From the NCBI RefSeq assembly GCF_001194135.2, contig NC_068982.1:90863624-90924883 (forward strand): 61,260 bases of DNA. Direction: 5' to 3'. The position numbers and the translations under genes were made by a program. How positions within the stretch are numbered: position 1 is the first letter of the stretch; each line of letters starts with the position of its first letter. Under the pieces are notes generated by a model, which did not search any database, was not told where the DNA came from, and saw nothing but the letters and a program-made list of their open reading frames with translations. The stretch is from Octopus bimaculoides. Its lineage: Eukaryota. Of this stretch, positions 51,701 to 60,130 are shown in pieces.

Positions 51701-54700
51701 AAGTGGCATTTTAATATTTTTTTACAGTAACGAACTTTCAATGTCGATATTAAAATCATTTCTCTCTTAAAGAATATAGAACTATATGAATAAACTTTAT
51801 AGTTTTATATATTTCCAAACAGCTCTGATTTGCAATATAAAAAATTTGCTTATTGATCGTTTCAAAAGAATTGTCATGACTGACTTCTTCCTTTGGGTAT
51901 AAAATTCTGTGAACTTGAAATTATCATTCATACGATTCCCTTGGAAGGAGAGGGTATCGCCTGGTTAGAAATTGCAACTGAATCTCTCCCAAATTACATC
52001 CTACAGTCTTTGAAAGTTTCACAATACATATTAGGGTTTATAAAAACTGAATTTTCGTACTCTCTTCACTATGATCATTTCGACACTAACTGTACTCCTA
52101 TAATTTTAAGTACGCATTATCGGGGCAAGTGTGAAATAACGGAATGTAAATTATTTTCAAATGTTAGTACCATTGTGCTTCATTTTGGTAGTGTGAAAAT
52201 TTATCATTTTACGTGTTAACATATACAGCCTCTTGAAATCTTAGCATTCAATATATTGGTACTGAAATTATATTTTAACTTTCACAGATATAAAATCTAT
52301 TAGACATTATTCCAGTTGGAGGTATCCTTTGCCGTGCAGTCACAGTTGACATGTTTTATGAATTTTAACTTGCCTTTATAGCAAGTATAAGATAGCAATT
52401 TTATTGCTAATGTTATCAATATCCAAATAATTTAATTTCTGATTAACTAATTATTTCAGTTAGTTGCAAATGGTGGCAGTTTAGATTTCACACGAGAGAG
52501 AAATCGGGTCTCTTGATATGATTACATTTCGTGACTGGGTTTTCATTTAAATTTTAGATTTCAGATGTTTTCAGATAAATGCTGGATATTTCTTCTGCCT
52601 TTATTTTGAAATGTCTTTAATCCGTATTCTATTTAGCTATATTTCTATACTTTGTGGCAAAAGGCCACATTTTGAATTTCTTTTAATAACTCAACACCAG
52701 TATTTACAGTAAACTTTTAAACACCGAAGTGTCAAATAGTCAGTTGGAGGGTACTGAATGATGAAATACAAAATATGTAATTGAATGTCGTTAGATATTT
52801 TGGGGGTACTATTTTTACTATTTATCTATCGCAGTAGAAGCAAGGTTTCATATCAACTAGTTTGTTTCCGGTAAAACAAACTTATGCAACAAAATGTTGG
52901 GTTACATACGAGTATTAAAATAGCTTCGATATAACAATATACTAAAGTACTTTTAATTTTTAGATCTTTTCCATATTTCCACTAGTATCAAACTACTATT
53001 TTAAGATGCTACATGGAGTCTTCGTTTAATCCATTGAATCGATGCCAATGTTAACTGGACGCTTTTTTTATACTCAAACTCCGGTTATAAAAGGAATAAA
53101 CCTCTAAGTTTGAACCTAAACACAAGAAACCGTTGACTGATTTTTAATACTAGAACATATTTATTTTTAATACATTTTTCTAATTTTGTAAGTATCTAAA
53201 AATGAAATTTGAAAGCACGTTTTAGACAATTAGAAAGGATACTTTAACGAATAGAATAATTACATTGCAAGCGTATCATAAACAATATAACTTAGTTTAA
53301 AATGACTTTTTAGAACAAAATGTTTACACAATGATGCTAAATGATTCATAATCTGCTCTTACCGCTTCATCTTGCAGGTAAGTGTAATCACAGTAATTTA
53401 CCATGCATGTTTCGACCTAATGAAAACAGAAATTGGAAAGACGCTAGTCAAGGAGTTACCTTTGGAAATGAGAAAATTTCTATTTCGGAGAAAAATCGTT
53501 TCGCCAACTATGGATGGTTACGAGTAGGTTTCTTTTTTATAAATGTATCGGTTTTCTTACTATAAACACTACTTCTTATACTCTTTAAAAGCTCTTATTC
53601 CAATTATATTTTTCATAGGAATGTTTTATTTTTCCTTCAGACCTAATATATTAGTTCAAATTTGAATATAAAAATGTTTACCTTCAATCAAAATTAATTA
53701 AAATTGTTTGCGTTTTTTTATTTCAGAGCTCATCCAATACAAATATAGTGCGAAGTTCTTTAATGTACTTCAATGGAATTGGTTGTTTGATATTTAATTT
53801 CTATGCGCATGGATTTCTTCCACATGGAATAATGTTAACGAAATTCAATGCGTATGATGCAAACAAAGACATTATATGGAAATCCGATTACAGAAAGCAA
53901 TTGAGGAACCCTCTCGTACAGATTGAAATCGAATCAAAAGGATATTTTACTGTAAGCTTATTCTTGTCTCCGGTACAGTTTATGGATTTTTGATAGAAAA
54001 CATGTAAAAATATTTACTTAAGGAACAATTGATGCTACCTTGTCCTAAATATTGCAAAAATATTTAGTCGATTTGTTCGACTAAAATTTTCAGGGTGGTG
54101 CTCTAGCAGGGCCGCAGTCAAATACAGCAAGTGAAAGATTAATATTTGTTATAATCCTAGATATTTGTACTAAAATAATTATCTATAGACGAATGTGTTT
54201 TCTCCAAATGCATTCTATATAGTAAGTCTATTCTGAATTCTGGACGGAAGTATAGTAATATCTGATCAACACACAGCGATATTAACGAATTTGATTTATC
54301 GACCAGTAGTCAGATTAGATTGTAAAACAATCTTTGCCCAGTGTCGATTAATGCTTTTGAGTTATTTGATATACGAATTAGAATTTTAGTTTCAAATTTC
54401 ATATTTTAAATAACATGGATTGTGTGCACGTAGGTCTGTGTACACAAACTCTAGAATGCTTTGTGCAATGTTGTACAAAGTTTCAAATCTCAGCGCTTTA
54501 AATTCAAATCATGCCGAGGTCAACTTTTCCTTTTATGTTTTCGAAGTCGACGAATTAGGAATCTAGACCGGTAGATTGGCAAACCTATTACAGACGGTCG
54601 GATGATTCATTGCGGTGTCTATTCGACAAGATTCATCGTTAGGACGCAAAGTGCTCGCTCTTCATGTTCTCTTGAGCATTTATGTGTCGGAGAGGAGACT

Positions 54701-55940
54701 TGCAAGCATTAGCAACTCACTGTGTTTTCACACGTTCTTCCCAGGACCGCGCGTTGAAATATTTCCTGGTGCAAACAGTCTAAAACCGACAAAGCTCACA
54801 CCTTGTTCACAAGTTGCCCGGTTTGATAGAATCTATCTAGCCGCAGGGCTGCATAGAATTCGTCTCTACTGTGGCATGGTTTCTGCAGTTGGATGCCCTT
54901 GCTCAGGCCAACCACTTTATCTACAAGGAATATTTTCCTGCCACCACCAACAGTGAGGTCACAAAGTAAGACAAGAAATAGGAAAAAGGAATGTCCCCCT
55001 CCGCTGTGACGGTAGTAATATTAAGTGGGAATGTAGTTGGTCTCCAGGTTTTGAGTGGCGAAGATGTATATGGGGACAAGTACAAATGCCTTGCTATAAA
55101 GGAGTCGCGTGGCTACTCGGTATTATATAGGGGTGGATGGTAGTATCTTAAAAGTAGATGGTTGTGACTAGATGCCAAACCATCTCAAGATGGTGATAAG
55201 CATTTAAGCTCTTCTCACATCATCTAACTATATTCATCTCTACCTGCATACAAGGTCTGGTTAGGAGGAAACCCAGGATGGAAAGGTGGTGTAAGATAGA
55301 TAAAACTGGATAAGGGTTATGCTGGCATTCTAATTTTTTATCAAACGGAGTAACACAAAATATTTGCTCTAGAACTGGTAAGTTTTTGTAATTTCATAAC
55401 GTTTCAAGTTTCATGTTAATTATGAAATAGCTGTCTGAGAGGTTTTACATTTTCAACCGCATCGAATCTGCATGCGGTAGCAGGACATAGCCGATAGCTA
55501 AACTAAATGGAATTCAAAAATAATTAAGCTTTTTGGTTCTTTCCAATATCGTATCTCCGAAAATATAAAATTCTAAATATATAGAAGCAGTATTTCAGTT
55601 TTAATATTTTTTATTGTAATTGCAAGATAAATGTCTAAATTTACACGAATCTCCTAAACAGTAAGTCACTATACGAATTTACATTAATCAATATTTTTAA
55701 TATTGTGCTTAGTATATTAAACTTCTCTCGAATAAATGTCTGTATACATGAAGTCTAAACTGTTCTAAAATAATCTGGTTTTACGTACAGCAAACTTTTT
55801 TTTCTATCTCCGTTTAGTTGGAGTTTTCAACACTGAAAGAAGACTTGTTTGTGAATTATGAAATTGAAGACTTTGAAATGCATTCTGGTCATTGCACTAG
55901 AAGCTCTCGTACTATTATGCGGACATTGCACCAACATTAG
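24623..55940 (+). CDS. Multi-exon astacin-family (M12A) zinc metalloprotease: prodomain-astacin-EGF-CUB-MAM-MAM-MAM; 5' end not resolved
   Basis: 21 GT-AG exons with matching phases, total 2709 nt (902 aa plus TAG): 24623-24715, 26799-26858, 26910-27006, 29767-29905, 31931-32003, 32833-33027, 34121-34247, 36431-36550, 37603-37712, 38600-38718, 39882-40015, 40246-40334, 42480-42597, 43599-43777, 46052-46166, 50534-50670, 51120-51341, 51611-51698, 53378-53523, 53727-53951, 55818-55940. Motifs EGDI, HELCHSIGFYHEH, SLMQY, EGF Cys pattern, CGG/RFCG (CUB), CTFE/IALDDV (MAM). Confidence 0.9.
24940..25290 (-). mobile_element. Mariner 5' fragment (TIR plus N-terminal HTH), intronic
   Basis: Minus strand starts TA-CGAGGTGGAATCAAGAAGTTTCTGG and encodes MDRKLEQRANVKFCVKL..SATETLNRFQQAYGNQA. 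Confidence 0.8.
25515..26609 (-). mobile_element. Degenerate mariner (DD34D-type) element with both TIRs, intronic
   Basis: TIRs TCAGGTCACCCCATATGTAATGTTC / TCAGATCTTCCCAAAAGTAATGTTC. Residual motifs ELLPTNTINAQVYYQQLEHL and GWEKIAHLPYSTDLALSDFYLFRSLQNHFDG. Internally deleted, with stops. Confidence 0.85.
26799..26858 (+). CDS. Astacin gene exon B: prodomain (VDQSSTSRQNTEKIRSHNDL)
   Basis: tttgtag acceptor, ttg/gtatat donor, 60 nt phase 0-0. Little sequence conservation, and it could be skipped without a frameshift. Confidence 0.55.
26910..27006 (+). CDS. Astacin gene exon C: activation site and mature N-terminus (QSPFSKRKAVLTQKRWKNKTIPWKFNTDKRKF)
   Basis: tctttttgtag acceptor, ttg/gtgagt donor; KR followed by the W...IP[YW] pattern of astacin N-termini. 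Confidence 0.88.
27332..27540. mobile_element. Tigger/pogo-type MITE, intronic
   Basis: TIRs CAGTAATCCCACGACTATCGCGG / CCGTGATATAGCGAGGGATTACTG flanked by TA on both sides; 209 bp; second copy at 58295-58471. Confidence 0.85.
27990..28890 (-). mobile_element. Degenerate DNA-transposase remnant resembling CMC/Chapaev3, intronic
   Basis: ORF 27999-28280: SVKIHFLHSHLEYFLENYSGVSDKQGERFHQNIDTMETRYQKKWNTKMMTDFW. The family assignment is from recall of this motif, not from a search. Confidence 0.6.
29767..29905 (+). CDS. Astacin gene exon D (DFASSYSAVKKAISIVESNSCLNFPQWTKERAKELGPIYLDIGKGNG)
   Basis: ccttcactccag acceptor, tgg/gtaaat donor, phase 1-2; first catalytic-domain Cys (xCxxF). Confidence 0.88.
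30001..31278 (-). mobile_element. Non-autonomous Helitron-like element, intronic
   Basis: On the minus strand it starts TC (31278) after an A and ends CTAG (30001) before a T, i.e. an A/T target. An imperfect GC hairpin ccaggaaacgccggg lies about 12 nt before the CTAG. Confidence 0.6.
31931..32003 (+). CDS. Astacin gene exon E (GCGSYVGYRKGRNHMLLLRETVCMK)
   Basis: tttcag acceptor, aag/gtaagc donor, phase 2-0; CxSYVG edge strand plus the partner Cys. Confidence 0.9.
32833..33027 (+). CDS. Astacin gene exon F: zinc-binding motif and Met-turn
   Basis: VGIIVHELCHSIGFYHEHARRDRDKYITVHFENVQNSKKENFNIHFPTYNYVEYDYESLMQYGPL; donor cta/gtaagt. Confidence 0.95.
34121..34247 (+). CDS. Astacin gene exon G: end of catalytic domain (AYSKNSKYTIDPKDEHLLFLLGQRNKLSFYDRKTINLFYECN)
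   Basis: tttacag acceptor, atg/gtatgt donor; GQR..LS..D...IN..Y.C pattern. Confidence 0.92.
36431..36550 (+). CDS. Astacin gene exon H: EGF-like domain
   Basis: DLCMTPLKSCKYDGYIDYNCTCYCPSGLEGDDCSRVENQN; phase 1-1. Confidence 0.92.
37603..37712 (+). CDS. Astacin gene exon I: CUB domain part 1
   Basis: ECGGILSLDFKHLDAQIYFNSNLNKTGKANKCVWLIE; donor gag/gtcagt. Confidence 0.88.
38600..38718 (+). CDS. Astacin gene exon J: CUB domain part 2
   Basis: SPALTRMEIAIDNLSIKNKNYNCLQWLEMRYNLIGQNGPR; phase 0-2. Confidence 0.88.
39882..40015 (+). CDS. Astacin gene exon K: CUB domain part 3
   Basis: (R)FCGESAKLNHLFNTTANIAMFILESSNNLDNVSFEVNVSISTEY; phase 2-1, donor aca/gtaaga. Confidence 0.88.
40246..40334 (+). 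CDS. Astacin gene exon L: MAM1 start
   Basis: NADINCTFELGNDFCVFKQTGGFDKWLISS; donor tct/gtgagt. Confidence 0.85.
41490..41722 (+). mobile_element. SINE family B copy, intronic
   Basis: gtgtttacgtcccc...gttcggcaaaa.aga.cga.agaataagtacca...cgatccattcgact...ttcaaggc.gtg...agcat.gc.gcagtc; related to 5225-5432 and to the partial copies near 54060-54130 and 57910-57990. Confidence 0.72.
42480..42597 (+). CDS. Astacin gene exon M: MAM1
   Basis: NAKGVKGLRGHHNSEKYIYLRPATRPGNINGVLESRLIP; ttttcttag acceptor, cag/gttagt donor. Confidence 0.83.
42801..42854 (+). ncRNA. Degenerate hammerhead-ribozyme-like motif (intronic, sense)
   Basis: CTGATGA (42811-42817), short stem II agg/ctt, GAAA, stem III act/agt; stem I cacttg/taagtg is offset by a 4-nt insertion. 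Confidence 0.35.
43599..43777 (+). CDS. Astacin gene exon N: MAM1
   Basis: GGRKCIVIYYIINVEPGAFYRLKLDISSPTGNRQPIVLRESRYKNWQKYEFSVVSAYDFK; donor aaa/gtaagt. Confidence 0.88.
43870..44275 (+). mobile_element. Penelope-like element 3' remnant (GIY-YIG C-terminal half plus hammerhead relic), intronic
   Basis: RVEEHRKAVTR..DKSGRADHVWKIGDHLPLWDEVKII..EHHFEIRKIKAAAHMLG matches the R.EH...KS..A.H...H..W...I..E....R...EA pattern. ccgatga...cagccgaaacgtc at 44236-44271. A tRNA-SINE-like head (about 44120-44170) interrupts it. Confidence 0.7.
46052..46166 (+). CDS. Astacin gene exon O: MAM1 end
   Basis: VTIRGIIRNGSDGYIALDDVSLMNGMCPGEAQVMTISE; canonical IALDD..G.C end of a MAM domain. Confidence 0.92.
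50534..50670 (+). CDS. Astacin gene exon P: MAM2 start
   Basis: GSQIRCNFETDACNYEWNPTEETRFLTKSSTKQCPSGCLVISASNS; phase 1-0. Confidence 0.87.
51120..51341 (+). CDS. Astacin gene exon Q: MAM2 middle
   Basis: IKSEVRSPVQSYKGPSCLAIKYRIGKPEKLDMNLYVSDPSKNKKFNVWHFFGSKDNLNFDWFIKDIDVNFSLIQ; donor cag/gtaggt. Confidence 0.87.
51611..51698 (+). CDS. Astacin gene exon R: MAM2 end
   Basis: LILTVKSQRDSVQLFLSEVWFDSVPCQSL; ttttcag acceptor, tac/gtaagt donor. Confidence 0.83.
53378..53523 (+). CDS. Astacin gene exon S: MAM3 start
   Basis: RKCNHSNLPCMFRPNENRNWKDASQGVTFGNEKISISEKNRFANYGWLR; phase 1-0, donor cga/gtaggt. Confidence 0.78.
53727..53951 (+). CDS. Astacin gene exon T: MAM3 middle
   Basis: SSSNTNIVRSSLMYFNGIGCLIFNFYAHGFLPHGIMLTKFNAYDANKDIIWKSDYRKQLRNPLVQIEIESKGYFT; GCLxFxFY is MAM-like. 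Confidence 0.87.
55818..55940 (+). CDS. Astacin gene terminal exon U: MAM3 end and stop
   Basis: LEFSTLKEDLFVNYEIEDFEMHSGHCTRSSRTIMRTLHQH*; I-D-F...G.C matches the MAM C-terminal strand. Confidence 0.83.
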   Translation: MEFSTLKEDLFVNYEIEDFEMHSGHCTRSSRTIMRTLHQH

Positions 55941-55968
55941 ATAAATATTTGTTATAAGAAACATTTGA

Positions 55969-55974
55969 ATTAAA
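55969..55974 (+). terminator. Candidate polyadenylation signal ATTAAA
   Basis: 28 nt after the stop and followed by T-rich sequence, but the hexamer is common in AT-rich DNA. Confidence 0.3.
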
Positions 55975-56269
55975 TTTTCTATAAGTAAATTCCTTTCTTG
56001 TTATTTCTTTACATTTTTTAAAACTGAATTTTGAGCAAATATTTTAGTTTTGCAATCACGATTTCGAGTTCAATTCCACTAAGCATTTTGGTTCAGTATC
56101 TTCTACAGCACCGGACCGACTAATGACTTGTAAATTTAGTTGTTGGAACTTTGGATGTGTTGTAATGTAATTGTTATTCTATGCTGAGGTGGCTATGACG
56201 GTTTGACTGGCCAGACGGCTGCAATAAGTACATCTTTCTCCAATATTTGCTTGAGCATAGTTTGTTTAC

Positions 56270-57010
56270 ATGACTTTCCAATACCAACTGCTTTACAGCG
56301 TATGCTGGGTGCCTTTTTCTACCAGCACTAGTGGGATCACCATGCAGCATACACGACCAAGAGCCCCTTCAAGTGCGTTTAACTACTGTCGAGAGGAAAG
56401 CGGCTTTATGCCCGGAGATGATGGGGTAAAGTATAAGTAGACGGAACAGAGCAAAATTCTTCCTGTACAGAATCACCTCGCATTATAGAGGGGCTAGGTG
56501 ACCTGGGAATATGTAAAAAGTGGATGAGGTACTCGATGGATTGTCAATGTAGATGAGTGGGTACAGAAAAGGGAGTGCGAGTGGATAGGTATGTGAGAGA
56601 TTAAGGGTCTTCCATATTTAAACAAGGGTTGAAAAATAAGTAGGGAAGAGTAGGTGATTTGTTGAGAGCTGACGGGTAGGCAATGATACAAAGGAGTTTG
56701 ATCGAAGATGCCAATGGCTCGCTGTATAGAAAGAAGACTAGGATAATAGTGATAGTAAAGTAGATAATGGGATGGTCCACGACAGAGGTGGCTTGTGGTT
56801 GAAGGTTGGATAAGTGGAATTTTCCAGGTATTAAGAATAAGCATCGAGGCGAGAACAAAGCTGTTATTCTGCCCTCAATCTTGAGAAAAATTGGGTGGAG
56901 TGGTAGGGGACAGTCCTGCGTGTCTATACACATTGTGATTCAGGAATTTTCGTTGAGGGTGGTGGGTCTACTTCAAAACCATATCGCGAGAACTTTTGAG
57001 CTACATATAT
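56270..57010 (-). mobile_element. Decayed LINE (CR1/L2-like) 3' end and associated 3' repeat
   Basis: Purine-rich plus strand. Minus frames give LSNLQPQA..V and LFFNP-type remnants of an RT C-terminus. Highly decayed, so the clade is uncertain. Confidence 0.4.
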
Positions 57011-57753
57011 TCCTCCATGTCTCTTATATATGTGACCACCGAGCTCTGACTTTGCGCAACACAATAGATAAATGATTTCATTCTTCACAAAGAATTGCTT
57101 TGCAATTTAACAAAGCACTTCTGTTATATTTCTTGAAGATGTAATCTATTTTACTTCTGTGTTAACCAGATTCGTAGGTTTTGAAGTGAACGGCTAGTTT
57201 TCAATGTGCTGAAAATTGTTAGGTGAGTTGCACCATAGACCACAGGCCTAATCTCATTTCTTGAAACAGAGCCTCACTGTATGTCAAAGAAGTCTTCATG
57301 TCTAACATGTCCATTGAACTTGCCGGCTACAAAATGAAATTGCTGTCAATTGTCGTGTAATCGGCAGAACGGTTTCATAAAAACGGTCGTTATCTTCTGT
57401 AAATCCTGCCTGTTGGGTGTATATAAATATTGTTGCATATAACCTAGTCTCATTTTTATCTTATCGCACGTGATGTCTACCTCAGTTATTTTATCCATTT
57501 CTCAGCAAGCAGAATGCCTGCTCCACTCCACATGTACACACATAAGTATGAAAAAGATAAACGTACGCTGCCGCTGTAAATTACCAAATGATCATATTCG
57601 ATTTTTTTTTTATGCATTAGCAATCTCACTGGGCGATTTGAACCCAGTTTTCTTCTAAACATGGTAATATATTCTATTATCGAATCGTTAAGTTAGAGTC
57701 GCAAACACCAGCACTGTTCATGTGTGTGTGGGACACATGAATATATTTGTGAC

Positions 57754-57897
57754 AGACGGAAATTGAAAAGTAGTCCTTCAAATCCACTCGATGTTTTTGG
57801 TCGGCCAGCGGCTATAGCAAACGCTCACCCAAGGTGTCACAGTGGGACTAAACGCGGAACCAGGTGGATGGAGACAACCTTTTTGCGACACAGCTAA
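57754..57897 (-). mobile_element. SINE family C copy
   Basis: caaatccactc...tttggtcggcc...ggctatag...cccaaggtg.ca.agtgggact.aac.cggaacca.gtgg; homologous to 6014-6160. Confidence 0.75.
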
Positions 57898-58294
57898 AAC
57901 CTACGCGAAGGAGTGACCAACTGCAGGCGTTCTGGGGCACCGCCTTGAGGAATTGATCTTAGTGTTTTTCTTAATCCTGGTACATATTCTGTCTCTTTTG
58001 CCAAGCCCTGAGATTAGTAGGACGTAAGCACACCAACAGCGGTTGTCAAACTGTCATGGGACACTCACACAGGTATTTGGAGATATATATGACCGGCTTA
58101 TTTCAATTTCTGCTTTCCAAAATTCACTCACAAGGCTTTGGTCAGCCGGAAGTTATGGTAGGAAATACTTGCCTAAGGTACTACGCAATTGGACTAAACC
58201 TAGAATAATTTGGTTGGGAAGAAATTTTAATACATAGCCGCACATGTGCATTCATATAATTATAAACACGCAGGCACACGCAGGCACACGTATG

Positions 58295-58471
58295 CAGTAA
58301 TCCCTCGACTATCGCGGGTGGTGCGCTCTGAAAACTCCCCGCGAAAGATTAAATTCCGCGAAGAAGAAACAGTATGGTACTGAATTTTTTTTTTTTAATA
58401 TATATATATATAAATGCAAAACACCAGCTGGATCCACATAAATTTAATAAACCGCGGTATGGCGAGGGATT
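58295..58471. mobile_element. Second copy of the Tigger-type MITE (right TIR truncated)
   Basis: cagtaatccctcgactatcgcgg...aaattccgcgaag.agaaacagta...aaatgcaaaac...ccgcggtatggcgagggatt aligns by eye with 27332-27540. Confidence 0.8.
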
Positions 58472-58777
58472 TATATATTGTTCCTATGTATGGATTGGTA
58501 AACATTTGTGTTGACTAATAAGTATTCAATAAAATATTTTGTATACATTTTTAAAAGCTGAAGTTTCACGTTGCACAAGAGAAACATTATAAAATATAAG
58601 TGCAATTGGCTGCTCGTCGCAAAGTAGGTTATACCCTTACTTTCTAAGCTAATTCAAAAGTGGGTTCGAAGTTGTGCAACACATTGCCTATTCCAAGCAA
58701 ATGCACATACAACAAATTCTTTGACTCCAGCAACGTTTTCAAGGATATACTGTGCTTACGAATTCACTTGCACCTTT

Positions 58778-58925
58778 TATATATATATATATTTATTTAT
58801 ATATATTTATTTATATATATTTATANNNNNNNNNNNNNNNNNNNNNNNNNNNNNNNNNNNNNNNNNNNNNNNNNNNNNNNNNNNNNNNNNNNNNNNNNNN
58901 NNNNNNNNNNNNNNNNNNNNNNNNN
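58778..58925. other. Unsized assembly gap (exactly 100 N, 58826-58925) after an AT microsatellite
   Basis: Direct reading. Confidence 0.95.
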
Positions 58926-58929
58926 ATCC

Positions 58930-59515
58930 CTAGTGCGTACTATATACGAGGTTATAAATGAAAAATATTTTCTAAACAATGCCCGAGTTTTTATTTGCCG
59001 TCCGGCAATGTTTATTCAGACGCATTTTGTGATGTCGTGCGCGAAAATACTTTAAGCTAAGCCTGAAAGCAATGAAGTCATAAATGAATCATCCATAACT
59101 TGCAATAAGCAACATTTATTAAAATAAAAGTGTTGCATTTCGCCTGCACAAGATGGTACTCAGGGTGACGTTGTATGGAAACTTGAAACAAATGATAGTG
59201 AATCTCCTGATGTCGACTATGAATCTGCTGATGACGGAGATTTACCCTACAATGATTCTGATATGTTTACGGAGGAACAAATTGAACGGTTATTTGATGC
59301 TGAATGTGACGTTGAATTTGAAGGATTTGAATAAATCTCTTTGCTTTTGCTTTTGTAACTGATAGTGAAAAATATGTAAAGGCAATTTACTTAATATTTA
59401 TTTTTCACTGACGTTATTACTGTTATTTCTTTATTTTCTGCAAACAAAGTGCACAAAAAAGCTATACGTTTGCATTATGTTATATATACAATAATAATAA
59501 TAAAGGACGTTACCG
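58930..59515 (+). mobile_element. pogo-type transposon 3' remnant
   Basis: 59128-59334 translates to KCCISPAQDGTQGDVVWKLETNDSESPDVDYESADDGDLPYNDSDMFTEEQIERLFDAECDVEFEGFE*, the KCCIS..DG..DD..W plus acidic EF.GF tail of pogo-like transposases. Confidence 0.7.
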
Positions 59516-60056
59516 TATATATGTTTACAAACCAAGGACGTTATATAGACCTACTTGACTCAAGTTAGAGAAGTTAGATATATGTGCGTGCATGCGAAAA
59601 TATACGCAATTTAGACGCGTTTTAACCTTATAGCTTTCCCACACTGTTTCTTGCTTTTAGCCCTATAAAATAAAAAATGAAATTTTTTTGCGTGCACGTG
59701 TATGGGTGCGGGGTTGTTGTGTGCGTGTGAGTGTGGATGTGTACGCGTGTATATATGTGCATATGTACATATATGTATAGTCTTTGGCGAGTATTTGAAT
59801 GAGCATGTGTGTTTAGATACATGTATAGTTTTTGGCGAGTATGTGGGTGAGCATGTGTGTGTTTAAAGCGAGGGTGTTTTTAGTATATGAATATAGGCGA
59901 ATGTACGGATTGGTACGCTTACGCAAACCTAAAGACCTCTCTACTCCTTTACTCTTACCCCCTTACTTAGCGGTCTATTAGCTCTTTTGTCTTAATGACA
60001 GTCACCACACAGTAATTTCCCTTTGTTTAACGGTCATTTTTCACAGAAATTTTCGA

Positions 60057-60130
60057 TGGCCGGATAACTGAAGAGATGTTGGCATGGGCTCCCACCCCGG
60101 CATCCGAAACTTGGAGTTTTATCATGGCTA
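60057..60130 (+). ncRNA. Type I hammerhead ribozyme (complete fold; GUU cleavage triplet)
   Basis: Stem I tggccggataa / ttatc(a)tggcta, core CTGAAGA (60068-60074), stem II gatgttgg/ccggcatc, GAAA (60106-60109), stem III act/agt with a tgg loop. Confidence 0.65.

Noticed and set aside
52288-52321. Possible extra small exon (ttcacag...ggag/gtatcc) between MAM2 and MAM3
   Set aside because: 34 nt would break the frame between exons R and S, which join correctly without it.
54615-54956. 113-aa plus-strand ORF in the last intron
   Set aside because: No MAM-like pattern, it overlaps repeat-like sequence, and exons T and U join in frame without it.
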